Origin: Hyalangium minutum
GTDB taxonomy: Bacteria > Myxococcota > Myxococcia > Myxococcales > Myxococcaceae
Direction of reading: 5' to 3'
Length of the DNA: 64,000 bases
NCBI RefSeq assembly: GCF_000737315.1
Contig: NZ_JMCB01000023.1
Location: 62,001-126,000, forward strand
The stretch's first letter is position 1, and each line of letters opens with the position of its first letter. Made by a program: the position numbers and the translations under genes. The notes beneath the pieces are model-generated. The model did no database searches, was not told where the DNA came from, and saw nothing but the letters and a program-made list of their open reading frames with translations. Positions 1 to 8,620 of this stretch are shown piece after piece.

Positions 1-957
1 CAGGTGGGTGGCCACCACGCGCTCCCAGCCGGCGATGCGGAAGTGGGTCGGCGTGTTGACGAGCTGGACGCGCCCGTCCGCCTCCTGCCGCACGAGGGTG
101 GCCGAGCCGCCGCCGTCGAGCTGGATGCCGGTGTGAGCCCCCTGCTCCAACAGAAGGTCCGCGGCCTCCTCCAGCGTGAGGCCCTCGCTGTATCCGGGCT
201 GCTTGCCCTCCACCGTGAGCAGCAACAGGTAGCGGCCTGTGGCATCTGCGCCCGCGAGCATGCGCGCGTACGGAATCCGGGTGAAGCCATCGTCCGCGAA
301 GTGCTCCTGGACCGTCGCGCCGTCCCGTACGACGTAGCCCAGCCCCGAGATGGCGTGCCACACCTCGCCCAGCGGGTGCACGAAGCTGACGCGGTTCTCC
401 CGGGACAGGTACAGGGTGACCATGCGCTTCTCCGGGCTGCCATAGACGCGCCCCTGAGAGGCCGCCATGCCAACGATGTGCACCGGCTGCCCCACGTGGG
501 GCTCGTAGTTCAGGGGGTGGGTGTTGTGAAACGGATAGAAGTAGTTCGCGTTGATCGCGAGCTGCACGCCGTGCCGCGCCGCGAAGCCGGTCGTCTTGTC
601 CGCGAATACCTCCCCCTCCGCGGAGGGCTGAGGGGGTGTCACTACGAACTCGACGCCAGGGGCCTGCAGATCCACCCAGACGAGGTGCGCCACCACGGGC
701 CGAGGCTGTTGGAACACCCTCCGCTCGTAGCGCACGCCCTCGAACCACTCCTCGCGGACCGGCGGAGGCTGGCTCCGGTGGGTGAACCAGAACCCGTAGC
801 CCCCCACGAGCCCCCCTGCGAGCCCCGGCAGCACGAGCGCAAGCCCTCCCAGGATCCGGATCCCCATGCGCACCCGCCACCGAATCAGCACACCCACGCC
901 CACGGCCAGCACGAGCGCGGAGAGGACCCACAGGGGAGCACCCAGCAGAGGCTTCAT
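1..957 (-). CDS. Phosphodiester glycosidase (NAGPA/DUF2233-like) membrane protein, 3'-partial (runs off window edge)
   Basis: Absent from the ORF track because it has no stop in the window. Manual translation from ATG at 957 gives MKPLLGAPLWVLSALVLAVGVG (TM), then QLAINANYFY, VEGKQPGYSEGLTLEEAA, IQLDGGGSATL and ERVVATHL, the typical motifs of this family. Confidence 0.8.
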   Translation of the reverse strand, partial: MKPLLGAPLWVLSALVLAVGVGVLIRWRVRMGIRILGGLALVLPGLAGGLVGGYGFWFTHRSQPPPVREEWFEGVRYERRVFQQPRPVVAHLVWVDLQAPGVEFVVTPPQPSAEGEVFADKTTGFAARHGVQLAINANYFYPFHNTHPLNYEPHVGQPVHIVGMAASQGRVYGSPEKRMVTLYLSRENRVSFVHPLGEVWHAISGLGYVVRDGATVQEHFADDGFTRIPYARMLAGADATGRYLLLLTVEGKQPGYSEGLTLEEAADLLLEQGAHTGIQLDGGGSATLVRQEADGRVQLVNTPTHFRIAGWERVVATHL

Positions 958-1064
958 GAGGTCTCATCCTATGAGAGAGCGCGGCACCCGAGCGGCATGA
1001 CGCTCACGCGTGATCGCGTTACACTGAGTCCACGGCGCCGTGAGCACGGGGCCGGACAGGAGGG

Positions 1065-1409
1065 ATGACGGTGTCTCAACAGGACCGGCGCAAACACCCA
1101 CGCTACCTCCTGCATCTGCCCGTCAAGCTCCACCGCGGAGAGCAGGAGCTGAACGCCCAGGTGATCAACGCCTCGGCGGGAGGCTGTCTGCTCCAGATGG
1201 CGGAGGCGCTCGCCCCAGGCGAGGTGCTCGAGGCCAGCCTCCCCCAGCTGAAGCTGCCGAGGACGCGGCTGATCGTGGTGCGGTGCTCGTCCACCCCCAC
1301 CGGCTACATGGTGGCCATGTACTTCGAGGCGACGCTGGCCGACGACGCCGCCATCCGTCATCTCTCGGGTGATCAGCTGGCCTTCGACAAGCCTCCGGTG
1401 GTGCACTAG
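1065..1409 (+). CDS. Single-domain PilZ protein
   Basis: RRKHPRY (RxxxR) and NASAGG ([D/N]xSxxG) c-di-GMP-binding motifs; RBS GGAGG upstream. Confidence 0.85.
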   Translation: MTVSQQDRRKHPRYLLHLPVKLHRGEQELNAQVINASAGGCLLQMAEALAPGEVLEASLPQLKLPRTRLIVVRCSSTPTGYMVAMYFEATLADDAAIRHLSGDQLAFDKPPVVH

Positions 1410-1456
1410 ATTCGGATCAGCGGATCCCCCACCGCGCAGCCTAGGAGAGAGCACAC

Positions 1457-1813
1457 GTGTCCCAGCACGAGCGGCGCCGGCACCAACGCTACCCGTTGCG
1501 GCTGGCCATCAAGGTTCATTGCCGTGGCGAGCAGATGGACGCAGACATCATCAACGCCTCGGCCAGCGGATGCCTGCTGCAGATGTCCATACCGCTCGAT
1601 CCGGGCGAGGCGCTCGACGTGAGCATCCCCCAGCTGAACATGCCCAAGGCCCGGCTGATCGTCGTGCGCTCCGAGTCCACCACCCTGGGCTACACCGTGG
1701 CCACGCGCTTCGATGTGGGCCTGGCCGATGAGCCCACCCTCAGCCGGCTCGCCTCGGAGACGCCGGGAAAGCCGCCCGAGGGCTCCGGCTCCGCGCCTCC
1801 CGTGACGCACTGA
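1457..1813 (+). CDS. Single-domain PilZ protein (tandem paralog)
   Basis: RRRHQRY and NASASG motifs; clearly similar to 1065-1409 (INAS.GCLLQM, E.L..S.PQL..P..RLIVVR). Confidence 0.85.
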   Translation: MSQHERRRHQRYPLRLAIKVHCRGEQMDADIINASASGCLLQMSIPLDPGEALDVSIPQLNMPKARLIVVRSESTTLGYTVATRFDVGLADEPTLSRLASETPGKPPEGSGSAPPVTH

Positions 1814-2025
1814 TCCGCGCCGCACCGCGTCTTTCCCGAGCGAACCGAGGCCCGGTTTTCTCAATTCTTGTGCTTTGACCCTAATAGAAAAGTGCGCTAT
1901 TCAAAGAACCGATCGATGGCTCGTTGCGGGTTGAAACGTCCGCAGGGACGCCCTGGAACGGTGGGGGGGAGCGATCCGAGAGCACCCACACACGATTCGG
2001 GCCCGGAAAGTCCGGAGGGAGCGCG

Positions 2026-3852
2026 ATGAAGAAGGTCATGAAGCACTTGGGGGAGCAGCAGCAGGGCTTCGCCGTTTCTCCGTTCGTGACCTTCCTGCTC
2101 GATCCGTCGTTCGCGCCGCAGGATCGGCTCCGGTTCCTGCCGTGCCTGGCGCCGCTGGTGATGGGCTCCGCCGAGCTGGCCAACAGCCTCACCGGTGAGG
2201 ACAGCCCTGAGCAGAACGGCCAGACTCCCGAGAGCCCGCACTGGGCGCCGTTCTTGAAGGATCTGCAGCTGCTGGATCTGCACTCCGTCGAGGACTTCAA
2301 CGCGATGCTGCAGTTGCTGTGGGGCGAGAACTGCGGCCCGGTGCGCGAAGTGCTCTACGACTTCATCTCGCTGGCGCGCTCGACCACCCCGCTGCGGCGG
2401 CAGATCATGCTGGCGGCGCTGCAGTCGGTGGGCCAGGTGAGCTTGATCGCGATGGAGCAGGTGGCGCGCGAGCTGGAGGCCAGCACCCGCAAGCACCTGG
2501 GCACCATGGACTCGCTGCGCACCCAGGTTCAGCTGGGCGAGTGGAGCGCCACCGTCTTCGAGCTGACGCTGACGGACGAGGAGGAAGAGCAGGCCATCCG
2601 CGACATCAACCAGGTGTTCTCGCTGATGGATGAGCTGACCGACTACCTGCTGGAGCACGTGCAGGAGTGGTTCGCCGGCCAGGAGAAGCCCTCGCGGCAG
2701 GCCATCATGGCCGAGCAGATCGCCAAGATGAACTTCCGGGACTTCGGCAACACGCGCATCGCCTCGCTGTGCAAGTCGGCCGGCTTCACCTCGGTGGATA
2801 CGCAGAAGGTGCAGCAGTTCTTCACCTTCATGACGGACTCGTGGAACTCGCGCCTGGTGGGCGAGGCGTCGCCCTGGAAGTCCGACATCTCGGATGACCA
2901 CACCCCCTTCGAGCTCTCCATCGCGCTGGAGGGCAGCCGCCCCGAGATCCGCTTCCTCATCGAGGCGCAGAACCACCCCACCACCCTGCAGACCAGCTGG
3001 GATGACGGGCTGGCGCTCAACGAGCGGCTCAACAAGGAGTTCGGCCTCTCGCTGGAGCACTTCAACCGGGTGAAGGACCTGTTCGAGCCGCACAATCCCC
3101 AGGCGCGCTTCTCCCTGTGGCATGCCTTCTGCCTCAAGCCGGACCGAGGCGCGGAGGTCAAGGTCTACCTCAACCCGCAGGCGCGCGGCCCCGAGCACGC
3201 CAACGCGATTGTGGAGGAGGCGCTGTCTCGGCTGGGCTTCGCCCATGCGTGGCGCTTCCTGTCCCAGGTGGTGATGAAGCGCGGAGCCCAAGACCAGGTG
3301 CTCTACTTCTCCCTGGACATGGGCGGGCAGGCGGTCTCCCGCGTGAAGATTTACGTGGCGCACCGGGATGCGGCCCCCGAGGACATCGAGGCGGCCATGT
3401 CCCAGGCCCGGGAGTACTCGGCCGGTGAGGCGCGGGCCTTCTGCGAGGCCATCCAGGGTGACGACAACAAGTTCTCTGCGCCGCGCTCGACACTGACGTG
3501 CTGGGCGTTCACCTCGGACGACGACGACAAGCCCTACAGCGCCACGCTGCACTGCCCCATCCGCTGCTATGCGGACAACGACCGGGATGCGCTGCGGCGC
3601 GTCCGCGCGGTGCTCGACCCCAAGAGCCACGCGGTGCTGGACCGGTGCGTGTGGGCGCTGGCCAACCGGCCGCTGGAGGCCGGCGTGGGGTTGATTCAGT
3701 GGGCCTCCATGCGTCGCGAAGGCGGCCGGGTGCGCACCACCTTCTACCTGGCCACCGAGGCCTACGGCACGGTGGCGCCTCGAAAGTCGACCTCACACCG
3801 CGTCCACGTGCCGGACCTGATGAACGCCGAGGTCTTCCAGCTCAGCGCCTGA
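2026..3852 (+). CDS. Fusion: N-terminal heme-oxygenase-like (AetD-like) domain + C-terminal tryptophan dimethylallyltransferase (ABBA/DMATS)
   Basis: ATG 2026 after RBS GGAGGGA, 608 aa. C-terminal part has SDISDDHTPFELS, FSLWHAF, VKVYLNP, YFSLD..SRVKIY (bacterial Trp-DMATS motifs). N-terminal ~215 aa (MKKVMKHL..PF..FL.D..AP.DRL.F.PC, HW..FL.DL.LL, LW, EE.A...N.VF) follows the pattern I recall for AetD-type HO-like proteins. Confidence 0.75.
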   Translation: MKKVMKHLGEQQQGFAVSPFVTFLLDPSFAPQDRLRFLPCLAPLVMGSAELANSLTGEDSPEQNGQTPESPHWAPFLKDLQLLDLHSVEDFNAMLQLLWGENCGPVREVLYDFISLARSTTPLRRQIMLAALQSVGQVSLIAMEQVARELEASTRKHLGTMDSLRTQVQLGEWSATVFELTLTDEEEEQAIRDINQVFSLMDELTDYLLEHVQEWFAGQEKPSRQAIMAEQIAKMNFRDFGNTRIASLCKSAGFTSVDTQKVQQFFTFMTDSWNSRLVGEASPWKSDISDDHTPFELSIALEGSRPEIRFLIEAQNHPTTLQTSWDDGLALNERLNKEFGLSLEHFNRVKDLFEPHNPQARFSLWHAFCLKPDRGAEVKVYLNPQARGPEHANAIVEEALSRLGFAHAWRFLSQVVMKRGAQDQVLYFSLDMGGQAVSRVKIYVAHRDAAPEDIEAAMSQAREYSAGEARAFCEAIQGDDNKFSAPRSTLTCWAFTSDDDDKPYSATLHCPIRCYADNDRDALRRVRAVLDPKSHAVLDRCVWALANRPLEAGVGLIQWASMRREGGRVRTTFYLATEAYGTVAPRKSTSHRVHVPDLMNAEVFQLSA

Positions 3853-3879
3853 GGCGCTCGGCGGAGCACTCCCTGCAGA

Positions 3880-5448
3880 CTATGGGTCTTCTGAAGTAGG
3901 CCCGCGTTGACCGCTGATGAAGATGGGCATGTAGCAGAGCCCTTCCCATTCATAAGTCCCTTCGGAGCAAGGAGGTCTCACGCGAGCGGGGGCCTCGTAC
4001 CAACACCCGCCAAGAATCTCGATTTGCCCTGACTTGCACGGGGCACGACGCTGCCCAGCCAAAGGAGTTTTGGGCACGTCGGCAGAAAATCCTCCGGGCC
4101 CATACGGCGGTATCTCTTCCTTGGGGGCCACGGAGGCAAAGCCGTCACCCAATCCTGAGGGTCCCCCATCCACTCCTTCAGGTTGCTGGCCCGGTTGAAT
4201 CTGTGTCAGGGCTGCGAGTTCCTGCTGTCGAGTCGCCCCCGGGTGCCAATCCAGCGCTATGAACAACAGCAGGGCCAGCGCTGTCACTGCGCCGAAGAGT
4301 CTCTGAACTGGGAAACGGCCCCCCGGCTTCTCCGTGGGCGCTAGCGCCCTCCTTTGATCCTGCTCCTGCTGCCGCTCCCGCTCTGCCTTGGCACCCGCAT
4401 CGCGCTCCTTCGCGCGCCGCACCACCTCCACGTCCCGCATCCGCAGGCGATGCCCCAGACGCTGGCCGACTGGGCCCTCCCCTGATCTTCGTTCAGCGGC
4501 AGGCTGCGCCTCCCACGCAAACAGCGGCTCGTCCGCTTTCGGCCCGGCCTCTCGCGCCGCCCGCTCCGCAGCCTCGGCGGCCTTGCGCGGGTCCCCATTG
4601 AAGCGCTTGGAGGGGCTCACTGCCAACAGCTGCAAGATGAGCGCGTCCAACGCATCGCACACCTGTGGATTGAGCGCGCTCGGAGGACGCGGCCCCTTCC
4701 CGTCCCACCGCCAGACCTCGGCTCCCTCCTCCTCCGGCTGCGTCGGAGGCGGATACTCATCCGTCACCAGCCGGTAGGCCGTCACTCCCAGCGCGAACAG
4801 GTCATCACTGGCGCGGGCCTCGTAGTGTGCCCGAAGCTGGAAGACGTTGAACCGATGGTAGGCCCACGCCTCTGGGCTCCGGTACGCCTCCGTGCCCGGT
4901 GGCAGGATCTCCCGCGTCAGCACCTCGGCCCCCTCCACGGCCCCCGAGCCGAAGTCCATGAGGAACGGCCGCCCATCCGCCAGCCGCACCAGCACGTTGT
5001 CTCCCTTCACGTCCCGGTGCACCCCACCCGCCTCCTGCATCGCCGCCAGCGCCCCCGCCAGCTGAGCCATCAACTCCAGCGCCTGACGAGAGGTGATGTT
5101 GCGCTGGCTGGACCAGTCGTACAGCGCCACGCCCTCCACCCACTCCATCACCACGTACGGAAATACCCCCAGCGCACACTCCCACTCGCCATGGCCGCAC
5201 AGGCGCGGCACGTTCGGGTGCTGTATTCGCGAGAGCAATTCCACCTCTCGCTCGAACCGCCGGTCCCGAGCGTGCAGCGCCATCTTCAAGGCGAACGGAA
5301 GGGCCTGCACGTCCCCCTCGCGCACCACGCGGTACACAGTGCCGTAGGTGCCCTGTCCCCTCCACGCCACCACCCGCCACGGTCCTATCCGAGTGCCCAC
5401 CCTCAACGAAGCCGGGTTCTGATCCCACGCTCGCAGCCTCGTCCCCAT
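3880..5448 (-). CDS. Ser/Thr protein kinase (myxobacterial type with TM and Cys-rich C-terminus)
   Basis: GQGTYGTVY, ALKMA, HRDVKGDN, DFG, GTEAYRSPE, DLFALG; hydrophobic segment LFGAVTALALLLFIAL; C-terminal RAPC..GGCW..PPC..GLCYMP. Confidence 0.92.
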   Translation of the reverse strand: MGTRLRAWDQNPASLRVGTRIGPWRVVAWRGQGTYGTVYRVVREGDVQALPFALKMALHARDRRFEREVELLSRIQHPNVPRLCGHGEWECALGVFPYVVMEWVEGVALYDWSSQRNITSRQALELMAQLAGALAAMQEAGGVHRDVKGDNVLVRLADGRPFLMDFGSGAVEGAEVLTREILPPGTEAYRSPEAWAYHRFNVFQLRAHYEARASDDLFALGVTAYRLVTDEYPPPTQPEEEGAEVWRWDGKGPRPPSALNPQVCDALDALILQLLAVSPSKRFNGDPRKAAEAAERAAREAGPKADEPLFAWEAQPAAERRSGEGPVGQRLGHRLRMRDVEVVRRAKERDAGAKAERERQQEQDQRRALAPTEKPGGRFPVQRLFGAVTALALLLFIALDWHPGATRQQELAALTQIQPGQQPEGVDGGPSGLGDGFASVAPKEEIPPYGPGGFSADVPKTPLAGQRRAPCKSGQIEILGGCWYEAPARVRPPCSEGTYEWEGLCYMPIFISGQRGPTSEDP

Positions 5449-5720
5449 GTGTCCTCCTGGCGATCGGAGCCACCCACTCCGCTCCTCGCCACCACCCTAC
5501 CTCATGGGTTACACGGAAACCATCCTCCGTGTCAGGTATGATTCCCGCCGCACTGGGTGCAGAGCTGCCTGGGAGTGTTCACGGTTCCGGTGACCTGGAG
5601 ATTGATGCCAAAAAAGGCCTGTGGAGGTGATTTTCCGCATGATTTCCTCGCTCACCGGCTCTCGATCGGGGACGGCTCCATGACGGGCCCGGGAAACGGC
5701 ATTTCGAACAGGAGCGACCG

Positions 5721-7235
5721 ATGGGACTTCAGCAGCAGTTCATGCCGCGCTTTGGGAAGTGGGTGCTCGCCGCCATCGCCGTGCTCGTGGCGGTCCCGGC
5801 GCACGCGGCGCACGCTGCTCAGGCGCAGCCACAAGCCACGCTGCCGGGCACGCCCGCGGGCCGGCAGGCCGCAGCGCTGCTCCAGGTGTTCAACGAGGGC
5901 AATGGGCCCAAGATGCGCGCCTTCATCCAGGACCACTACGCGAAGGCGGCCCTGGCCCAGCACCCCGCCCAACACCACCTCGGCACTTTCGGGGAGCTCT
6001 GGGATAACACGAACGGGCTGACCCTCCAGAAGGTGGAATCGTCGAGCGAGCGCACGATCGTCCTGATGGCGCAGGACAAGCTGGCCGGCGAATCCGTGCG
6101 GCTGCAAGTCGACGTCGAGGCGAAGAAGCCGCATGGCATTCTGGGAGTGAAGGTCCTGCCACTCGGGCCGCCCTCGAGTAACAGCGGCCCGCCGCTGACC
6201 GACGAGGAGGTGTCCCAGGCGGTCCAGGCCTACGTCGAGAAGCTGGCCGCGGCCGACGCTTTCTCAGGGACGGTGCTGATCGCGCGCGGGGACAAGCCCA
6301 TCTATCGGGGCGCGTTCGGCCTGGCGAGCCGTGCCTTTCAGGTGCCCAATCGGCTGGACACGAAGTTCAACCTCGGCTCGATGAACAAGATGTTCACCGC
6401 GGTCGCGATCGCGCAGCTCGTCGAGGCCGGGAAGCTCTCGTTCGAGGACACGGTGGGGAAGATCCTGCCGGATTACCCGAACAAGGCCGTCGCCGAGAAG
6501 GTGACCGTCCATCAACTCCTCACTCACACCTCGGGCCTCGGCAGCTTCTTCAATGACAAGTACTTCGAGGCGGACAAGAGCCGCTTCCGCGAGATCAAGG
6601 ACTTCCTCCCGCTGTTCGTGGACGAGCCGCCCGCATTCGAGCCAGGGACGCGCTGGAGCTACAGCAACTCCGGCTTCCTCCTGCTCGGGGCGATCATCGA
6701 GAAGGCCTCCGGGCAGAACTACTTCGATTATGTGCGCGAGCACATCTACAAGCCCGCCGGCATGACGAACTCGGACTCATACGAGATCGATCGCGATCCG
6801 CCGAACCTCGCCGTCGGCTACACGTCGCAGGGCCCGGGCAATCAGCAGAGCCCCCGGAGAGACTGGAACAACCTCTTCCTTCACGTGGTCAAGGGTGGGC
6901 CGGCGGGCGGCGGGTTCTCGACCGTCGAGGACCTGTGGCGGTTCTCCCTGGCGCTCCAGGGGCACAAGCTGCTCGCCGCCAAGTACACGGAGCTCGTGAC
7001 CACGGGCAAGGTGCAGCCCCATCCCGAGAGCAAGGAGGAGAAGTACGCCTACGGCTTCTTCGATGAGCAGGTCCCGGGAGCCCACATCATTGGCCACGGC
7101 GGCGGATTCCCAGGCATCAACAGCCAGCTCGATATCTATCTGGGCAAGGGCTACACCGTCGCGGTGATGTCCAACTACGATCCCCCGACGGCGGGACGCG
7201 TCGCCCGGAGGATCCGCACGCTGCTCCTTCGGTGA
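5721..7235 (+). CDS. Secreted serine hydrolase, beta-lactamase/class C (PBP-like) family
   Basis: Signal peptide; SMNK (SxxK), YSN, HGGG motifs; LLTHTSG. Confidence 0.9.
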   Translation: MGLQQQFMPRFGKWVLAAIAVLVAVPAHAAHAAQAQPQATLPGTPAGRQAAALLQVFNEGNGPKMRAFIQDHYAKAALAQHPAQHHLGTFGELWDNTNGLTLQKVESSSERTIVLMAQDKLAGESVRLQVDVEAKKPHGILGVKVLPLGPPSSNSGPPLTDEEVSQAVQAYVEKLAAADAFSGTVLIARGDKPIYRGAFGLASRAFQVPNRLDTKFNLGSMNKMFTAVAIAQLVEAGKLSFEDTVGKILPDYPNKAVAEKVTVHQLLTHTSGLGSFFNDKYFEADKSRFREIKDFLPLFVDEPPAFEPGTRWSYSNSGFLLLGAIIEKASGQNYFDYVREHIYKPAGMTNSDSYEIDRDPPNLAVGYTSQGPGNQQSPRRDWNNLFLHVVKGGPAGGGFSTVEDLWRFSLALQGHKLLAAKYTELVTTGKVQPHPESKEEKYAYGFFDEQVPGAHIIGHGGGFPGINSQLDIYLGKGYTVAVMSNYDPPTAGRVARRIRTLLLR

Positions 7236-7448
7236 CATCCAGCAAGAGCGGGCCCAGAAAACCTGCCGCCTGCCTCCACACGAAGAGGGGGGGCGGGCTA
7301 CAGGCTCAACAATGACCAGCCCCCTGTGACTGTCCTGGCCTCCACAGGTGGATATCTTTTTGAAGTAGCGTGCTCGACGTGATCCAGGAATGCGTCAAGG
7401 AGCGCAAGCCGCTGCAGGCGGCCCCCCGCTGATCCCCTGCCCCGCCCA

Positions 7449-8612
7449 TCACCCCGCGGGCGCTGTGAGCCGGCGCTGCCAGAAGTCCTCGCCGGCCCAG
7501 CGTTGCTCCAGGGTGTAGTGGGCATGACGCGCGGACAGGTAGCGGGTGAATTCCTCTGCCTCCCGCCGCGCGTAGTCCTCCAGCGCTCCGCTGCTTCCTC
7601 CCAGCGCAGAACATAGGGCCCGCGCCGCCGTGCGCCCGGTGCGCAGCCCCTTGAGGATCCCGCTCGACGAGAGCGGATCCCACATCGCCGCGGCGTCCCC
7701 CACCGCCACCCAGCCTGCCCCCGCCGCGTGCTCCAGGCGGCTCGTCTCGCAGCGGCGCACCTGCAGCCGTGACACCGCCTCGAGCTCCCCTACCCGCTCG
7801 CGCAGGTACCGGGTCGTGGAGAAGAGCGCGCTCCACCCCGCCGGCTGCAAGGCACCGTAGCGCTGGAGCACATCCACATCGCTCAGCAGCGTGAGGATGA
7901 GACGGCCCTCGGGCAGCGGCGCGGCGTACCACCAGCCCTGGGGCGTGGCCTCCACCACCAGGTGTTGCTGCTGGAACCCGGCCGGCCTGTCGATGACCCC
8001 GGACACGCTGCACAGCGCGTCCCAGTTGCGCCGCCGCATGCCGCTCTGCCGCGCCACCTGGGCCGAGCGCCCGGTCGCATCCACCAGGGCCTCGCAGCGC
8101 AGCTCCGCTGGGCCCCGGGGCGTGCGGACCTTCACCCTCCACCCGTGTCCCTCGCGCTCCAGGTGGGTGACGCAGGTGCTCCGCCACAGCGGCACCTGGA
8201 GCGACCGGGCATGGCTGGCCAGCAGCCCGTCCAGGTGCCGGCGCTCCACGTGCCAGCCGCTCCCGTAGGGATTGGTGAGGAACGAGTGGTGCTGGGGCTG
8301 CTCCGAGCCCCAGGTGGCTTCCAGGCCATGCGACTCCAGGAAGCCGTCGGTCTCCAACGGCTCGGGTGCCAGCAACTGCCGCAGCTCGGCGAAGGCCACC
8401 GGGGAGAGCGTCTCCCCGGGACGCCAGGGAGAGTAGTCCGTGCGCTCCAGGACGCAGACGGAGACGCCCGCCCTCACCAGGGTGAGCGCGGCGCTCAGGC
8501 CGGCCACGCCGCCTCCCACCACCACGACGTCATAGGAGGATCGCAAATCTGGTGCTTCAAAGGCCATGGACTCCATCGGGTCCTCCAGGCTGGAGATGGG
8601 AGCGGTGCTCAT
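7449..8612 (-). CDS. LodB/GoxB-like FAD-dependent oxidoreductase (CTQ cofactor maturation)
   Basis: VVGGGVAG Rossmann motif, RPGETL, GWHVERRHLD, VDATGR, GWWYAAPLP, AVGDAA..DPLSSSGI, E.RW...FW.RR; starts 8 bp downstream of the lodA-like stop. Confidence 0.85.
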   Translation of the reverse strand: MSTAPISSLEDPMESMAFEAPDLRSSYDVVVVGGGVAGLSAALTLVRAGVSVCVLERTDYSPWRPGETLSPVAFAELRQLLAPEPLETDGFLESHGLEATWGSEQPQHHSFLTNPYGSGWHVERRHLDGLLASHARSLQVPLWRSTCVTHLEREGHGWRVKVRTPRGPAELRCEALVDATGRSAQVARQSGMRRRNWDALCSVSGVIDRPAGFQQQHLVVEATPQGWWYAAPLPEGRLILTLLSDVDVLQRYGALQPAGWSALFSTTRYLRERVGELEAVSRLQVRRCETSRLEHAAGAGWVAVGDAAAMWDPLSSSGILKGLRTGRTAARALCSALGGSSGALEDYARREAEEFTRYLSARHAHYTLEQRWAGEDFWQRRLTAPAG

Positions 8613-8620
8613 GAGGGCGG

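Noticed and set aside
4-1068. 354-aa plus-strand ORF in the track
   Set aside because: Shadow of the real minus-strand phosphodiester glycosidase (957 to the window edge).
5535-5551. GGTATGATTCCCGCCGC, a 15/17 match to the att repeat core
   Set aside because: The match is short and GC-rich, lacks the CTCCA end, and overlaps a plausible -10 element (TATGAT) in a divergent promoter region; cannot be distinguished from chance without comparative genomes.
7298-7525. Short minus-strand ORF downstream of the lodB-like gene
   Set aside because: Overlaps the lodB 3' end, has no RBS and no recognisable motif.
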